NCBI RefSeq assembly: GCF_902522795.1
Contig: NZ_CABYWZ010000007.1
Span: forward strand, 9,644-73,643
Reading direction: 5' to 3'
Length of the DNA: 64,000 nt
Origin: an uncultured Prochlorococcus sp.
GTDB taxonomy: Bacteria; Cyanobacteriota; Cyanobacteriia; PCC-6307; Cyanobiaceae
The notes below the pieces were generated by a model that saw only the letters and a program-made list of their open reading frames with translations, did not search any database and was not told the DNA's origin. This document shows, in pieces, positions 40,365-52,328 of the stretch (position 1 is its first letter; the number at the start of each line of letters is the position of its first letter). Position numbers and translations under genes: made by a program.

Positions 40365-42125
40365 TTATTTTTCTAATTCGAAATGATTATGAATCGCATT
40401 AACTGCTTTATCACAATCTTTTTCTAAGACAATACATGAAGTCCTGATTTCACTAGTGGCAATCATTTCAATATTGATATTTTGGTCAGCCAATGCTCTA
40501 AATATTTTTCCAGCCGTTCCAACCTTAAATGCCATTCCCGCTCCTACAGTACTTACTTTGGCTATAGCAGGGCCATCTTCAATATATGAACCTGGTAATT
40601 TTTTTGTTAAGGTTTCAAAAACTAAGTTAGCTTTTTCTCTATCTTGTTTATTCATTGTAAGACTAATATCCTTAGTTTTTAAAGAGGAAATTCTTTCGGA
40701 CTGAACGATAGTATCGATAAGTAAATTATTTTCAGCTAATGCTAAACATATCGATGCTGCTACACCTGGACGATCAGGTAGTTTTCGAAAACTTACTTGA
40801 ACTTGGTTTTTATCTAATGCAATTCCTCTTACTTCAGGTTGATCTTGTTTTTCATTGATTGGATTAACAAATATTTGTGTATCGGATAACTTAAATTTCT
40901 CAGCAACAAATCTAATAGCTTTTGGTATATTATTGATTTCAATTACACAGCTGACTTTAATTTCACTAGTAGCTATTAATCTGACATTTATATTCGCTTG
41001 AGATAAAGTATCAAATAAATCAGCTGAAACACTAGGTCTGCCCATAATTCCTGCTCCTTGAATACTTAATTTAGTCATGTTTGTTTTTAAGTTATATTCT
41101 CCTCCTAATTGACTAGTTATAAATTCACATTGTTCTGCCGTCTTGTTAACTTCTAATTCACTAACAGTAAATGTAATATCGTTTTTATTTCCATCATTTG
41201 TCGCTTGTATTATTAAATCTACACTAATATTTGCTTCTGAAAGTTTTTCAAATATTTGTGCAGCAATTCCAGGCCTATCTGGAATATTTGATAGACTGAA
41301 TACTGCTTGGTTTTCTAATACCTCAAGACTATTGACTGTTTTTGTTAATTCTAAGCTTCCTCTTTTTAGCGGGAGAGGTTGGATTTGACTTTCTAGGAGA
41401 GTCCCACTTGAGTCACTTTGGCTTGATTTGACACATAATTTAATTCCATAATTGCGAGCAATTTCTACTGCTCTTGGATGCAGAACTGAAGCACCGACAC
41501 TTGCAAGTTCAAGCATTTCCTCGCAGCTAATTACATCTAAGAGTTTTGCATTAGGAACAATTCTTGGGTCAGTAGTAAGAACCCCTGGAACGTCTGTATA
41601 AATTTCGCAAGTCTCAGCTCCTAAAGCTGTTGATAAAGCTACTGCGGAAGTATCTGAACCGCCTCTACCCAAAGTTGTAATTTCCATTGAACCCGTATGG
41701 CTTAATGTTGTTCCTTGAAATCCAGCAACTACAACTACAAAACCCTGATTTATATAATTTTGGATCCTTTCTGTTTTAATATCCAGAATTCTCGCTTTCC
41801 CATGAATTGATTCAGTAATAATTCCAACCTGGCTACCGGTCATTGAAATTGCAGGTATTCCGTATTCGTTTAATGCCATTGAGAGAAGAGCTATGGTTAC
41901 TTGCTCTCCAGTTGAGAGAAGCATATCCAATTCTCTTCGATTAGGATTTTTACTAATTGATTCTGCTAAACAATTTAAATCATCCGTAGTTTGCCCCATT
42001 GCAGAGACAACTACCACAATTTCATTTCCTGCTTCTTTACTTTGACAGATGTTACTTGCAATATTTTTAATTTTTTTAATATCACCTACAGAAGTACCAC
42101 CAAATTTTTTTACTAGTAAAGCCAT
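40365..42125 (-). CDS. lysC: Aspartokinase (long cyanobacterial form with duplicated ACT regulatory region)
   Basis: KFGGTSVG kinase N-terminus. The 586-aa length with two successive ACT-pair regions matches cyanobacterial aspartokinases. Confidence 0.95.
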   Translation of the reverse strand: MALLVKKFGGTSVGDIKKIKNIASNICQSKEAGNEIVVVVSAMGQTTDDLNCLAESISKNPNRRELDMLLSTGEQVTIALLSMALNEYGIPAISMTGSQVGIITESIHGKARILDIKTERIQNYINQGFVVVVAGFQGTTLSHTGSMEITTLGRGGSDTSAVALSTALGAETCEIYTDVPGVLTTDPRIVPNAKLLDVISCEEMLELASVGASVLHPRAVEIARNYGIKLCVKSSQSDSSGTLLESQIQPLPLKRGSLELTKTVNSLEVLENQAVFSLSNIPDRPGIAAQIFEKLSEANISVDLIIQATNDGNKNDITFTVSELEVNKTAEQCEFITSQLGGEYNLKTNMTKLSIQGAGIMGRPSVSADLFDTLSQANINVRLIATSEIKVSCVIEINNIPKAIRFVAEKFKLSDTQIFVNPINEKQDQPEVRGIALDKNQVQVSFRKLPDRPGVAASICLALAENNLLIDTIVQSERISSLKTKDISLTMNKQDREKANLVFETLTKKLPGSYIEDGPAIAKVSTVGAGMAFKVGTAGKIFRALADQNINIEMIATSEIRTSCIVLEKDCDKAVNAIHNHFELEK

Positions 42126-42164
42126 ACTTAAATCATAATGTAAATTCTTAAACTTATAATTTGA

Positions 42165-43166
42165 TTAACTTAAATTAATTAATTTCTCTGTATAAACATT
42201 GATAGGATTATTACCTTGTTTTAGTAATGATTCAATATCTAGTAAGTTACTCATCAAATAAATTAAATATTCTTGAGATACATTTTTTACTTTTCTTCGA
42301 ATAAAAAAAATTCTTTTTGGATTAGAAATGCCTGCAAGATTACAAATCTTTTCTGCATTATTGTTATCTGAATTAACTGCTAATTTTATAATGGTATGGA
42401 TTCTTATTTGACTAATTAAACCTGCATTTAGTCTTAAAGCAGGTTCTCCTTTCTGTAAGGAATAATTTATTTCTATGAGGCTTTCATTAATATTTTTTTG
42501 TAAGAGAAGATCAATGATTTTGAAAATATTGGATTGATGATCACTAAATATTTTTTTTACGTCAATACTTTTAAGAAAAAGTTGTGAATTCGAATCACTT
42601 GATACTGCAGAAAGGTATGTTTTTGCTTTGGCTAATTCATTTATTAGTTTTAAGCTATCATTACCAACTGAATCAATTATTAATTCAGCTGCATTTTTAT
42701 CAATTTTGATATTCATATCATTTGCTACATCTTCTAAAAATCTTTTTTGTCCTTCATAGTCCCAGATTTCTGGTAAAGAAAACGACTTTTCTTTAGCTAA
42801 ATTATTTTTGATAAGTTTTTGTAAAAATTTAGTACTCTTTAGTCTTGAGTCTGGTTTTTTTGTATTTTGTAAAATTAAATAAGTATTTTGAGGTATATTG
42901 TCATGAATTTTTTCAAATTTAGATCTTAGATCCTCATTTTTGGTAGTAAAAATTGGATTATTTTTTAATGTAACTATTCTGTATCCCTCTCCAAAAGGAG
43001 GTGTAAGAACTTCATCAAAAGCCTTATTGACTTGCTCATCATCATCTCCATTTAAATTTGTTACGTTTATTTCTTTCCATTCTTTGGATACTTTCTTGTC
43101 AATTAATTTTTGAATAAATGTATTTTGAGCATTTAAATCATTACCCCATAATATTTGTATTGGCAT
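42165..43166 (-). CDS. holA: DNA polymerase III delta subunit (probable)
   Basis: 333-aa ORF with the size and overall pattern of HolA (N-terminal ...ILWGND..., helical C-terminal domains). Similarity is weak by eye. Confidence 0.5.
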   Translation of the reverse strand: MPIQILWGNDLNAQNTFIQKLIDKKVSKEWKEINVTNLNGDDDEQVNKAFDEVLTPPFGEGYRIVTLKNNPIFTTKNEDLRSKFEKIHDNIPQNTYLILQNTKKPDSRLKSTKFLQKLIKNNLAKEKSFSLPEIWDYEGQKRFLEDVANDMNIKIDKNAAELIIDSVGNDSLKLINELAKAKTYLSAVSSDSNSQLFLKSIDVKKIFSDHQSNIFKIIDLLLQKNINESLIEINYSLQKGEPALRLNAGLISQIRIHTIIKLAVNSDNNNAEKICNLAGISNPKRIFFIRRKVKNVSQEYLIYLMSNLLDIESLLKQGNNPINVYTEKLINLS

Positions 43167-43224
43167 AATAGCTCAATAAAAATCATATATTAACTATGAT
43201 TACTTCTAACACAAATTAAATTTA

Positions 43225-43848
43225 ATGGTAGTAGATCATCCAATTTTTTTGGAAAGCATCAGATTCATAAGATCTCATTTATTAGCCAATGATCTAAATT
43301 ATTTAGAAAAAAAAGTGTTAGAGAGATTAGTCCATACTTCAGGAGATTTTTCAGTTCAAAATCTTGTCAATTTTAGTGAAGGTGCTTGCGAAAAAGGGCT
43401 TGAGGCACTTAAAAATGGTGCTCCGATTTTAACTGATACTGATATGGCAGCAGCAGCAATAAAATCCATGGCAGAAAATACCACGAGGAATAAAGTTTTC
43501 ACCGCTAGAAAGTGGTTTGAAAAAAATAATTATACAAACTTAACTAAAACTGCATATGGCTTAAGTGAAGGTTGGAAGGAGTTATCCGCTATGAGTTCCG
43601 GAAGCAATTCACCTATTGTAGTTATTGGCAGTTCGCCTACAGCGTTAAGTTATTTAATTGATATTTTAGAGAATGCAAAAGATTTACCTAGTTTAATTAT
43701 TGGAATGCCTGTTGGATTTATTGGAGTAGAGAAAAGCAAAAACAAACTAATTTCTACCGATCTTCCTAGAATTGTTTTGAATTCAACTAGAGGAGGTGCT
43801 GCCATGGCAGCTGCTGCGGTTAACGCCTTATTGCGGGAAACTATTTAA
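43225..43848 (+). CDS. cobH: Precorrin-8X methylmutase
   Basis: CbiC/CobH motifs HTSGDF and VIGSSPTAL in a 207-aa ORF. Confidence 0.88.
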   Translation: MVVDHPIFLESIRFIRSHLLANDLNYLEKKVLERLVHTSGDFSVQNLVNFSEGACEKGLEALKNGAPILTDTDMAAAAIKSMAENTTRNKVFTARKWFEKNNYTNLTKTAYGLSEGWKELSAMSSGSNSPIVVIGSSPTALSYLIDILENAKDLPSLIIGMPVGFIGVEKSKNKLISTDLPRIVLNSTRGGAAMAAAAVNALLRETI

Positions 43849-43878
43849 GAGTATTTATTTTATAAAATTGTCAAAAAT

Positions 43879-46620
43879 CTACTTAATATCAAAATTTAAT
43901 TTGTTATTTTCTTCTAAGGAATTTAAAACTGATTTTGCTTTTTCTATAACTTCTTTTGGAACTCCTGCTAATTTAGCTGCTTCTATGCCATAGCTTTTGT
44001 TTGAGCCCCCTTTAACAATCCTGTGGGTAAAAATTAGCTGATCGTTATTTTGTTCCACTAAAACTTGAAAATTTTGTATATTCGTATTTGAATTTTTTAA
44101 ATAATTGAGCTCATGATAGTGCGTAGCAAAAATAGTATTACATTGAATTTTTTTTGCAAGATATTCACTTACTGACCAAGCTATTGAAAGTCCATCAAAA
44201 GTGGATGTCCCTCTGCCTATCTCATCAAGTAAAACTAGTGAGCTAGAAGTTGCCTGATTTAGAATTGATGCAGTTTCAGACATTTCTACCATAAATGTTG
44301 ATTGTCCAGATGATTGATCATCAACGGCCCCAATTCTTGTGAAAATCCTATCTGTAATTTTGATTACAGCATTATTAGCAGGAACAAAGCTACCAATTTG
44401 CGTGAGAATTTGTATTAAACCAAGTTGTCTTATAAAGCAACTTTTTCCGCTTGCATTGGGACCGGTTAATATTATTAATTTTTGAGTTTCCTCAAAAGAA
44501 ATATCGTTTGCTACAAAATTTTTATCACTTAACAATTGCTCTACAATTGGATTTCTTCCCGCGATAATTTTTGTACTATTTTTTGTAATTGAATCATTTA
44601 TTGGTATTAATGAAGGTTTTATAAAATTGTTTTCTAATGCAGTAATTGATAAACCAAGTAGTGCATCAAGAGATGCTATGGATTTTGCGATTGATCTTAT
44701 TTGTTTTGTTTTTTCAGCAACTATATTTCTTAATTCGCAGAAAATTTCATATTCTTTTGATGAAGTTCTACTTTTTATTTGGAAAATCTTATTTTCTTTA
44801 TTTTTAATTTCGGAAGTGATATACCTTTCTTCATTAGTAAGTGTTTGCCTTTTGATCCAATGTTGTGGAGCTAAATTAACTTTTGACTTATTTATAGAAA
44901 TGTAATAACCAAAATTTTTATGAAATTGAATTTTTAGGTTTGAAATTTTGCTAATTTTCCTTTCTTTTAATTCCTCTTTATTTAGCCACTCAGAGTAATC
45001 ATCCATTAAATTGCGTAAACCATCTAATATATTGTCAACACCATCGTGGATCATGCCTCCTTCACTAATATTTAGAGGAGGATTTTCTACTAATTTAAAA
45101 CTTATAGTATCAGCTAATTCTAAGAGTCCTTCATCAATATTTTTTAATTGATCAGTCCAATCTGGGAGATCATATTTAAATAATTCAATTATGGATTTTA
45201 GTCTAGGCAATTTTTTTAAACCCTCAGCTATTGCAATTAAGTCTCTAGGACTTGCATGACCTGCACAAGCTCTACCTGCAAGTCTTTCTAAATCCCCCAT
45301 TGCTCTTAGTAAATTTTGGGTATCTGTACGCAATTGTTTAGATTCAATAAAGTTTGTAATTATATTTTGTCTTTTATAAATTTCATTAACGTTTAATAGT
45401 GGTGAATCTATCCACCTTCTTAAACACCTTGCACCCATGCAAGTATAAGTTCTATCAATACTCCAAAGTAGCGAACCTACATAATTGTTTTCTCGCTGTG
45501 TATTTTTGATTTCTAAGTTTTTTTGTGTTTGATAATCAATAATTAATTTGTTGTGACCATATTGGATTTGTGGAAAGTTTAATGAGATTTTTAAAGAAGA
45601 ATCTTTCTCTAAATTTGAAGGATTAATTTTTTCTAAATAATTTAATAAACCTCCAAGTGATCTAGTTGCATTGTTTAAATTTTTAAGTCCTATTCCCTCT
45701 AGGTTTGCAATTTGAAAATAATTTTTTATTAGATAATTTGCTTCATTAATTCCAAAATTAGTCTCTTGAGAAACAGTATATGTAATTTGACTATTTCCTT
45801 TAATTAATAAATTTCTTACTGCATTGCTTCCTACAATGATTTCTGAAGAATCTAATTTAATAATTTCATCAAATAGTTTTGACAGAGATTGGCCTTCTGA
45901 AGTTATTAATTCTCCTGTGCTTACATCAGCTTTTGATATGCCCCATTCATAAGATTCATCTGAGTTTTCTTCGGATAAGTAAATAGCAGTAATCCAATTA
46001 TTTTTCTTTGCTATCAACATCCCCTCTTCAATTACGGTTCCTGGAGTAATTATTCTTGTTATTCCTCTTTTAATTGGAGTCCCATAATTTCCAGAACTTT
46101 TTTCTAATTGATCGCATATAACCACAGAATAATTTTTTTTAATTAAATCAGCACAGTATCTCTCCATTGCATGATGGGGAACCCCTGCCATAGGGATCTT
46201 ACCAATCTCTTTACCAGCATCTTTACTGGTAAGAGTTATTTCTAAAAGGTTAGATATTAATACAGCGTCCTCAAAAAAACATTCAAAAAAATCTCCTAAT
46301 CTATAAAGTAATAACCTATCTTTATTGTCTTCTTTTAGAGTTACATAATGCTTCATTACTGGAGTTAATTTCATTTTTGAAACTGTTTTATAGCTATAAG
46401 ATTCTTCATTGATGCAAACATTTTTGTTATTTGAAATTAAATCAGTCTTGAATTTATTTATTAAATTAGTTGAATTTTTTCTTTGTCTTGGTCTTTTTTG
46501 CGATTCTTTTTTTAAATCTTCCAAAGATAAATCTTCTGGAATTTTTGTTATTTCTTTTTGCTCATTATTGTCATTACCAATCGCAAATAAATTCTTTTGA
46601 ATTATCGTATCTTCTTGCAT
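43879..46620 (-). CDS. mutS: DNA mismatch repair protein MutS
   Basis: Walker A GPNASGKS and the mismatch-binding region [11 protein letters not shown]...GDFFE. It has a ~85-aa N-terminal extension relative to E. coli MutS. Confidence 0.96.
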   Translation of the reverse strand: MQEDTIIQKNLFAIGNDNNEQKEITKIPEDLSLEDLKKESQKRPRQRKNSTNLINKFKTDLISNNKNVCINEESYSYKTVSKMKLTPVMKHYVTLKEDNKDRLLLYRLGDFFECFFEDAVLISNLLEITLTSKDAGKEIGKIPMAGVPHHAMERYCADLIKKNYSVVICDQLEKSSGNYGTPIKRGITRIITPGTVIEEGMLIAKKNNWITAIYLSEENSDESYEWGISKADVSTGELITSEGQSLSKLFDEIIKLDSSEIIVGSNAVRNLLIKGNSQITYTVSQETNFGINEANYLIKNYFQIANLEGIGLKNLNNATRSLGGLLNYLEKINPSNLEKDSSLKISLNFPQIQYGHNKLIIDYQTQKNLEIKNTQRENNYVGSLLWSIDRTYTCMGARCLRRWIDSPLLNVNEIYKRQNIITNFIESKQLRTDTQNLLRAMGDLERLAGRACAGHASPRDLIAIAEGLKKLPRLKSIIELFKYDLPDWTDQLKNIDEGLLELADTISFKLVENPPLNISEGGMIHDGVDNILDGLRNLMDDYSEWLNKEELKERKISKISNLKIQFHKNFGYYISINKSKVNLAPQHWIKRQTLTNEERYITSEIKNKENKIFQIKSRTSSKEYEIFCELRNIVAEKTKQIRSIAKSIASLDALLGLSITALENNFIKPSLIPINDSITKNSTKIIAGRNPIVEQLLSDKNFVANDISFEETQKLIILTGPNASGKSCFIRQLGLIQILTQIGSFVPANNAVIKITDRIFTRIGAVDDQSSGQSTFMVEMSETASILNQATSSSLVLLDEIGRGTSTFDGLSIAWSVSEYLAKKIQCNTIFATHYHELNYLKNSNTNIQNFQVLVEQNNDQLIFTHRIVKGGSNKSYGIEAAKLAGVPKEVIEKAKSVLNSLEENNKLNFDIK

Positions 46621-46732
46621 ACTTTTTTAATTCCTAAATAGATATTAGGTAGAAATTTTTTTTTTGCATTTAAAGTGGCTAAAGTATGTAAATTTTCTCT
46701 AAAAATTATCATTTTCATGAGATTATAGTATT

Positions 46733-46738
46733 TATAAT
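46733..46738 (+). promoter_or_regulatory. Candidate -10 box (TATAAT) for psbZ
   Basis: A perfect TATAAT lies 24 nt upstream of the psbZ ATG. No convincing -35 is present, which is common in Prochlorococcus promoters. The background is AT-rich, so specificity is low. Confidence 0.25.
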
Positions 46739-46761
46739 AATTTGAAAACTAAGACTGAATT

Positions 46762-46959
46762 ATGCAAGCTGTTAACTTTTTCTTCGTAAATGCTCTATTA
46801 TTTGCTTCTTTAATTGCGGTAGTTGGAGTTCCTGTTTTATATGTAACTCAACCTTCTACTGAGGAAGGACAGCGAGAAAGTAGGAGAAAAATTTATTCTA
46901 TTGCTGCTGTTTGGGTTGTTTTGGTTTTTGTTACAGGGATAGTTTCTTCATTAGTTTGA
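46762..46959 (+). CDS. psbZ: Photosystem II reaction centre protein Z (Ycf9)
   Basis: 65-aa two-TM protein. The segment ...LIAVVGVPVLYVT... matches the conserved PsbZ VIGVPV(A/L)Y core. Confidence 0.88.
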   Translation: MQAVNFFFVNALLFASLIAVVGVPVLYVTQPSTEEGQRESRRKIYSIAAVWVVLVFVTGIVSSLV

Positions 46960-47009
46960 ACTTAATACCTTTTCGTGAGAGTCTATATAATATATCAAAG
47001 TAAAATTTA

Positions 47010-47486
47010 ATGGCTATTTTTGAGGGTTCTTTTACTAATGCATCTAATTTAAAAGTTGGTATTGTAATAGCAAGATTTAATGATTTAATTACAAATAAAA
47101 TTCTTGCTGGTTGTCTTGATTGTTTAAAAAGACATGGTTTAGATACTTCTGAATTAAGCAATCAAGTAGATATTGTATGGGTTCCTGGGTCATTTGAATT
47201 ACCAATCGCAGCTAAAACCCTCATGAAAAAAAAGAGTTATGACGTTGTAATTGCTCTTGGGGCTGTGATTCGTGGTGAAACTTCCCACTATGATGTAGTT
47301 ATATCTGAGGCGAGCAAAGGTATTTCACAAGTTTCAAATGCAAATAATGTTCCAATTATTTTTGGCGTTTTAACTACTGATACTATGCAGCAGGCTCTAG
47401 AAAGAGCAGGGATTAAAAATAATCTTGGTTGGAATTATGCTTTACAAGCAATTGAGATGGGATCCTTAATTAAAAATTTAAATTAA
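47010..47486 (+). CDS. ribH: 6,7-dimethyl-8-ribityllumazine synthase
   Basis: [13 protein letters not shown]...[10 protein letters not shown]...[12 protein letters not shown] are canonical RibH motifs. Confidence 0.96.
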   Translation: MAIFEGSFTNASNLKVGIVIARFNDLITNKILAGCLDCLKRHGLDTSELSNQVDIVWVPGSFELPIAAKTLMKKKSYDVVIALGAVIRGETSHYDVVISEASKGISQVSNANNVPIIFGVLTTDTMQQALERAGIKNNLGWNYALQAIEMGSLIKNLN

Positions 47487-47547
47487 TTGAAAAAATTTAA
47501 TTATTTCTATCATTGATCCCTTCTTTGAGATAAAATAAAACAGTTAT

Positions 47548-47619
47548 GCGGATGTAGCTCAGTGGTAGAGCATCTCCTTGCCAAGGAGAATGTCGAGAGT
47601 TCGAATCTCTTCATCCGCT
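47548..47619 (+). tRNA. tRNA-Gly (anticodon GCC)
   Basis: 72-nt cloverleaf. Acceptor GCGGATG/CATCCGC, D arm GCTC-AGTGGTA-GAGC, anticodon stem TCTCC/GGAGA with loop TTGCCAA, T arm GAGAG-TTCGAAT-CTCTT, discriminator T, no encoded CCA. Confidence 0.95.
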
Positions 47620-47664
47620 TTTAATATTTGTATCTTTTAAGATAGGTTTAATAATCATTTTGTA

Positions 47665-48096
47665 ATGACAAGAGTAATTTCTATTGAGGATTTAAAGGGA
47701 TTATTTACTAAACCTTATGGTACAGATGCACCAACAAAAAAAAAATGGGCTGAATTTTATAATGAGAATGTTATTTTTACGGACCCAACCCAAGAAACAG
47801 AGGGCTTAGATGCTTATGTTAAAGCTCAAGAAAAGCTAGTTAAAAGATGTGATGATGTTTTTTTAGAAACTCATGCAATTTCCATAACTGGTGATTGCGG
47901 ATTTGTTGAATGGACAATGGGTTTAAAAATTATGGGTAAAGAATTTATATATCCTGGAACTACTCGTTTATTATTTGGTGAAAATGGATTAATAAAAGAG
48001 CACAGAGATTACTTTGATTTTTGCGGCCCAACTTTTGGACCAGTTCCTATTTTAGGACCTTTTATAAGATGGCTTTATAGTAAATTTGTATCTTGA
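47665..48096 (+). CDS. NTF2-like / SnoaL-like small protein
   Basis: 143-aa ORF whose pattern (...NVIFTDP...GFVEWTM...EHRDYFD) resembles SnoaL/NTF2-fold proteins. Function unknown. Confidence 0.55.
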   Translation: MTRVISIEDLKGLFTKPYGTDAPTKKKWAEFYNENVIFTDPTQETEGLDAYVKAQEKLVKRCDDVFLETHAISITGDCGFVEWTMGLKIMGKEFIYPGTTRLLFGENGLIKEHRDYFDFCGPTFGPVPILGPFIRWLYSKFVS

Positions 48097-48118
48097 TTTT
48101 TTTTAGAAACTGAGTTCT

Positions 48119-48574
48119 TTATATTTCACGAATCAATAAATTTTGAGAAGTAACTTCTTTAAAATCAAATTGAGAATAAAACAATTTTTTATTTGTTGTC
48201 ATTAAATATAATTTTTTTGTATTTTTAATTTTTTTAGAAGATAAAAGATTGTTTACAATTAATGTGCCAAAACCTTTGCCTTGGTGATTTTGATCTATAA
48301 CAATATCCCAAAGCACTCCGCGGTAAATCCCATCGGTCAAAGCTCTACCAAAACCAACTATTTCCTTACCAACCCAAAGACTTATTACGACATCACTGTT
48401 AGCAAGACATTTTTTTAGATCATTAATTGTTCTATTTTTTGCCCAGAAAGCATTGGTATCTAGTAATTTTTGTAGCTTAATTAATCCATTTGTTGGTTTA
48501 AGATTAGGACCTAATCCAAAAAACCTTAATCCTAAAGCTCCTTTTGAATGTTTTATAAGAGATATTTCTTTCAT
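48119..48574 (-). CDS. GNAT family N-acetyltransferase
   Basis: Acetyl-CoA-binding motif QNHQGKGFGTLIV (Q/RxxGxG/A) in a 151-aa ORF. Confidence 0.8.
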   Translation of the reverse strand: MKEISLIKHSKGALGLRFFGLGPNLKPTNGLIKLQKLLDTNAFWAKNRTINDLKKCLANSDVVISLWVGKEIVGFGRALTDGIYRGVLWDIVIDQNHQGKGFGTLIVNNLLSSKKIKNTKKLYLMTTNKKLFYSQFDFKEVTSQNLLIREI

Positions 48575-48704
48575 TTATTAAAAAAATTTTGAAAAGTGAT
48601 GTCAGCTAGGTTATTTTTGTGACTTTAATCTAAATACCTTAATCGATCGTTTATATAAAATAAAGAGATAATAGTTTTCTTCATTCTGTTGTAACGCACT
48701 AATT

Positions 48705-48710
48705 TATAAT
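48705..48710 (+). promoter_or_regulatory. Candidate -10 box (TATAAT) for secA
   Basis: A perfect TATAAT lies 38 nt upstream of the secA ATG, within a 173-bp divergent spacer. No clear -35 is present. Confidence 0.25.
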
Positions 48711-48747
48711 GTTTGTAATAAGATGAATTTTTTAAGGACTTTGACTT

Positions 48748-51579
48748 ATGCTAAAACTTTTGTTGGGAGATCCGAATACACGAAAGTTAAAGCGCTATCA
48801 ACCAATAGTGGAAGAGATAAATTTTTTAGAAGAAGAAATTTCTCAATTGACTGATGAGGAGCTTAGAAAAGAAACTCAAAATCTTAAATCAAATGTTTCA
48901 GCAGAATTAGATTTTAAAAAACAAAAAAAACTCCTAGAAGAATTTCTTCCTAAAGCCTTTGCAATTGTAAGAGAAGCAAGTAAGCGTGTTCTTGATATGA
49001 GACATTTTGATGTTCAGTTAATAGGCGGGATGGTTTTAAATGAGTGTCAAATTGCTGAAATGAAGACTGGAGAGGGAAAAACTCTTGTAGCAACATTACC
49101 TTGTTATTTAAATGCTCTTACGGGGAAAGGTGTTCATGTTGTTACTGTAAATGATTATTTAGCTAGAAGGGATGCTGAGTGGATGGGACAAGTTCATCGT
49201 TTTTTAGGTTTATCCGTTGGTTTGATTCAGCAAGATATGAGTCCAGTTGAGAGAAAGAAAAATTATGATTGTGATATAACTTATGCAACAAATTCAGAAT
49301 TAGGATTTGATTATTTAAGAGATAATATGGCTATCGATATTAGTGAGGTAGTTCAAAGAAAATTTAATTACTGCGTAATTGATGAGGTTGATTCAATATT
49401 AATTGATGAAGCAAGAACCCCTTTAATAATTTCTGGCCAAGTTGAAAGACCACAAGAAAAATATCAAAAAGCTGCAGAATTATCTCTGGCATTAGTTAAA
49501 GCAAAAGAATTAAGTAAAGATGGTATTGATCCGGAAGGCGATTATGAAGTTGATGAAAAACAGAGAAGTTGTATATTAACTGATCAGGGTTTTGCAAAAT
49601 GTGAAGAGTATTTGGGAGTGAATGATTTATATAATCCTCAAGATCCTTGGGCGCACTATATAACTAACGCTTTAAAAGCCAAAGAATTATTTATTAAAGA
49701 TGTGAATTATATTATTAAGAACGATGAGGCTGTCATAGTTGACGAATTTACTGGTAGGGTAATGCCAGGAAGACGTTGGAGTGATGGACAACATCAGGCA
49801 ATAGAAGCGAAAGAGAGTCTTAAGATTCAGCCTGAGACTCAAACATTAGCATCCATAACTTATCAGAATTTTTTCCTTTTATATCCTGGCTTAGCAGGAA
49901 TGACGGGAACTGCAAAAACTGAGGAGGTTGAATTTGAAAAAACTTATAAATTAGAATCAACAGTTATACCGACAAATCAAATAAGAAAAAGACAAGATTG
50001 GTCTGATCAAGTATTTAAGACAGAGATTGGCAAATGGAAAGCCGTTGCTAAAGAAACTGCCAAAATTCATAGAGATGGTAGACCTGTTTTAGTTGGTACA
50101 ACAAGTGTTGAAAAAAGTGAATTATTAAGTTCACTTTTATCTGACGAAAAAATCCCACATAATTTGCTAAATGCTAAGCCAGAGAACGTTGAACGTGAAG
50201 CAGAAATTGTTGCCCAGGCTGGAAGAGCAGGTGCAGTTACTATTGCGACTAATATGGCTGGAAGAGGAACAGATATAATTCTTGGCGGTAATAGTGACTA
50301 TATGGCAAGGCTCAAATTAAAAGAAATTTTAATTCCTTTGTTAGTCAAGCCTGATAATGAGCATAAGCCACCAATACCTAAACAAAGAAATTCAAAATCT
50401 AAGGGTGGTTTTTCGACAAAATCTGGTTCAAATTTGAAAAAGAACATTTCAAATTCTTCAACAAGTCTTTTCCCTTGCAAATTAGATGAAGCAATTGAAA
50501 AGAAACTCTCTCATTTATCTGATGAACTTGTTCAAAATTGGGGAGATAGACAACTTTCTGTCTTGGAGCTTGATGATAGGATAGCTACAGCTGCAGAAAA
50601 AGCGCCAACTGATGATGACTTGATAAAGCTTTTGAGAGAATCTTTGTCTGATGTAAAAAAAGAATATGAAAAAGTTTTGATTCATGAAGAAGAAAAAGTA
50701 AGAGAAGCTGGCGGTTTACATGTAATAGGTACTGAGAGACATGAATCACGAAGAGTAGATAATCAACTTAGAGGAAGAGCAGGAAGACAAGGTGATCTTG
50801 GAAGTACAAGATTCTTTTTATCTTTAGATGATAATTTATTAAGGATTTTTGGAGGTGATAGAGTAGCAAATTTAATGAATGCTTTTAGGGTTGATGAAGA
50901 TATGCCTATTGAGTCAGGAATGCTTACTAGGTCTCTAGAAAGTGCTCAAAAGAAAGTTGAAACTTACTATTACGATATTAGAAAACAAGTTTTTGAATAC
51001 GACGAGGTAATGAACAATCAAAGAAAAGCAGTTTATGGCGAGAGACTAAGAGTATTGAAAGGAATTGATTTAAAAAGACAAGTAATAGGATATGGAGAAA
51101 GGACAATGATTGAAATTGTAGATGCTTATATTAATCCTGATCTTCCTCCTGAGGAATGGAATATTGATCAATTAATTTCTAAAGTCAAAGAATTTATATA
51201 TTTATTAGATGATCTTAAATCTGATGATATTAATTTACTGTCAATAGAAGAATTAAAAAACTATCTTCAAGAGCAGTTGCGAATAGCTTATGATTTAAAG
51301 GAATCACAAATAGAAAAGATTCGTCCAGGATTAATGAGAGAAGCTGAAAGATTTTTCATTTTGCAGCAAATCGATAATTTATGGCGAGAACATCTTCAAT
51401 CCATGGATTCCTTGAGGGAATCAGTCGGATTGAGGGGTTATGGTCAAAAAGATCCATTAATCGAATATAAAAACGAAGGATATGATATGTTCCTCGAAAT
51501 GATGACTAATATGAGACGAAATGTTATTTATTCAATGTTTATGTTTCAACCTAAAACTGACGTTAATGAAAAAAATTAA
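48748..51579 (+). CDS. secA: Preprotein translocase ATPase SecA
   Basis: [11 protein letters not shown] Walker A and [18 protein letters not shown]. Full-length at 943 aa. Confidence 0.98.
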   Translation: MLKLLLGDPNTRKLKRYQPIVEEINFLEEEISQLTDEELRKETQNLKSNVSAELDFKKQKKLLEEFLPKAFAIVREASKRVLDMRHFDVQLIGGMVLNECQIAEMKTGEGKTLVATLPCYLNALTGKGVHVVTVNDYLARRDAEWMGQVHRFLGLSVGLIQQDMSPVERKKNYDCDITYATNSELGFDYLRDNMAIDISEVVQRKFNYCVIDEVDSILIDEARTPLIISGQVERPQEKYQKAAELSLALVKAKELSKDGIDPEGDYEVDEKQRSCILTDQGFAKCEEYLGVNDLYNPQDPWAHYITNALKAKELFIKDVNYIIKNDEAVIVDEFTGRVMPGRRWSDGQHQAIEAKESLKIQPETQTLASITYQNFFLLYPGLAGMTGTAKTEEVEFEKTYKLESTVIPTNQIRKRQDWSDQVFKTEIGKWKAVAKETAKIHRDGRPVLVGTTSVEKSELLSSLLSDEKIPHNLLNAKPENVEREAEIVAQAGRAGAVTIATNMAGRGTDIILGGNSDYMARLKLKEILIPLLVKPDNEHKPPIPKQRNSKSKGGFSTKSGSNLKKNISNSSTSLFPCKLDEAIEKKLSHLSDELVQNWGDRQLSVLELDDRIATAAEKAPTDDDLIKLLRESLSDVKKEYEKVLIHEEEKVREAGGLHVIGTERHESRRVDNQLRGRAGRQGDLGSTRFFLSLDDNLLRIFGGDRVANLMNAFRVDEDMPIESGMLTRSLESAQKKVETYYYDIRKQVFEYDEVMNNQRKAVYGERLRVLKGIDLKRQVIGYGERTMIEIVDAYINPDLPPEEWNIDQLISKVKEFIYLLDDLKSDDINLLSIEELKNYLQEQLRIAYDLKESQIEKIRPGLMREAERFFILQQIDNLWREHLQSMDSLRESVGLRGYGQKDPLIEYKNEGYDMFLEMMTNMRRNVIYSMFMFQPKTDVNEKN

Positions 51580-51587
51580 CTAAAGAA

Positions 51588-52322
51588 TTAATCATCTCCA
51601 AGAAATTCTATTATTTCTTTGTCTTTAAGATTTTGAGCGTCACCTAGTTTAGAAATATCAATTGATTCTGAGTTAACTAAACATTGAAGAGTTTTTTGTA
51701 ATTTAAGAATTTCATTTTCAAGGAAGTCTATTCTGTCCATTAAATTTTTTATCACATTAGCTTCTGCATCAGGTAAAGCAGAGTGAGCTAATGGATTTAC
51801 TTTCACACCACTTTGATGTATGACTCTGCCAGGAACCCCAACAACTGTGCTGTTCGCTTCCACATTACGAACTACAACTGAACCCGCACCAATACGCGTA
51901 TTGGAGCCAACTTTGATTGATCCGAGAACTTTTGCACCTGCCCCTACTACAACATTTTCCATCAAGGTGGGGTGTCTTTTCCCATGACTTTTACCGGTTC
52001 CACCTAATGTAACTCCCTGATATAGTAAACAATTATTTCCTATCTCGGCTGTTTCTCCAATTACAACTCCCATTCCATGATCTATGAAAACCCGTTTACC
52101 AATTTTTGCTCCAGGATGTATTTCAATGCCTGTTAATAGCCTATTGGTATGACTTAACAAGCGAGGAATCAAAGGGATCTTTAATTGCCATAATTTATGC
52201 GTAAACCTATGAATAACTATAGATTGAAAGCCCGGGTAGCAAAGAAATATCTCTATTATTCCTCTAGCGGCAGGATCTCTCTCTCTGATAATTTCTATAT
52301 CTGATTTTAAAGTTCTTAGCAT
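51588..52322 (-). CDS. cysE: Serine O-acetyltransferase
   Basis: Hexapeptide-repeat region (GAKIGKRVFIDHGMGVVIGETAEIG...) and an N-terminal SAT helical domain. Confidence 0.93.
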   Translation of the reverse strand: MLRTLKSDIEIIRERDPAARGIIEIFLCYPGFQSIVIHRFTHKLWQLKIPLIPRLLSHTNRLLTGIEIHPGAKIGKRVFIDHGMGVVIGETAEIGNNCLLYQGVTLGGTGKSHGKRHPTLMENVVVGAGAKVLGSIKVGSNTRIGAGSVVVRNVEANSTVVGVPGRVIHQSGVKVNPLAHSALPDAEANVIKNLMDRIDFLENEILKLQKTLQCLVNSESIDISKLGDAQNLKDKEIIEFLGDD

Positions 52323-52328
52323 CTTGAT

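Noticed and set aside
43796-43993. A 65-aa plus-strand ORF spanning the cobH end and the mutS 3' end (also 46931-47161 minus, and 8742-8924 plus).
   Set aside because: Each overlaps well-supported genes in alternative or antisense frames. None has a supporting motif.
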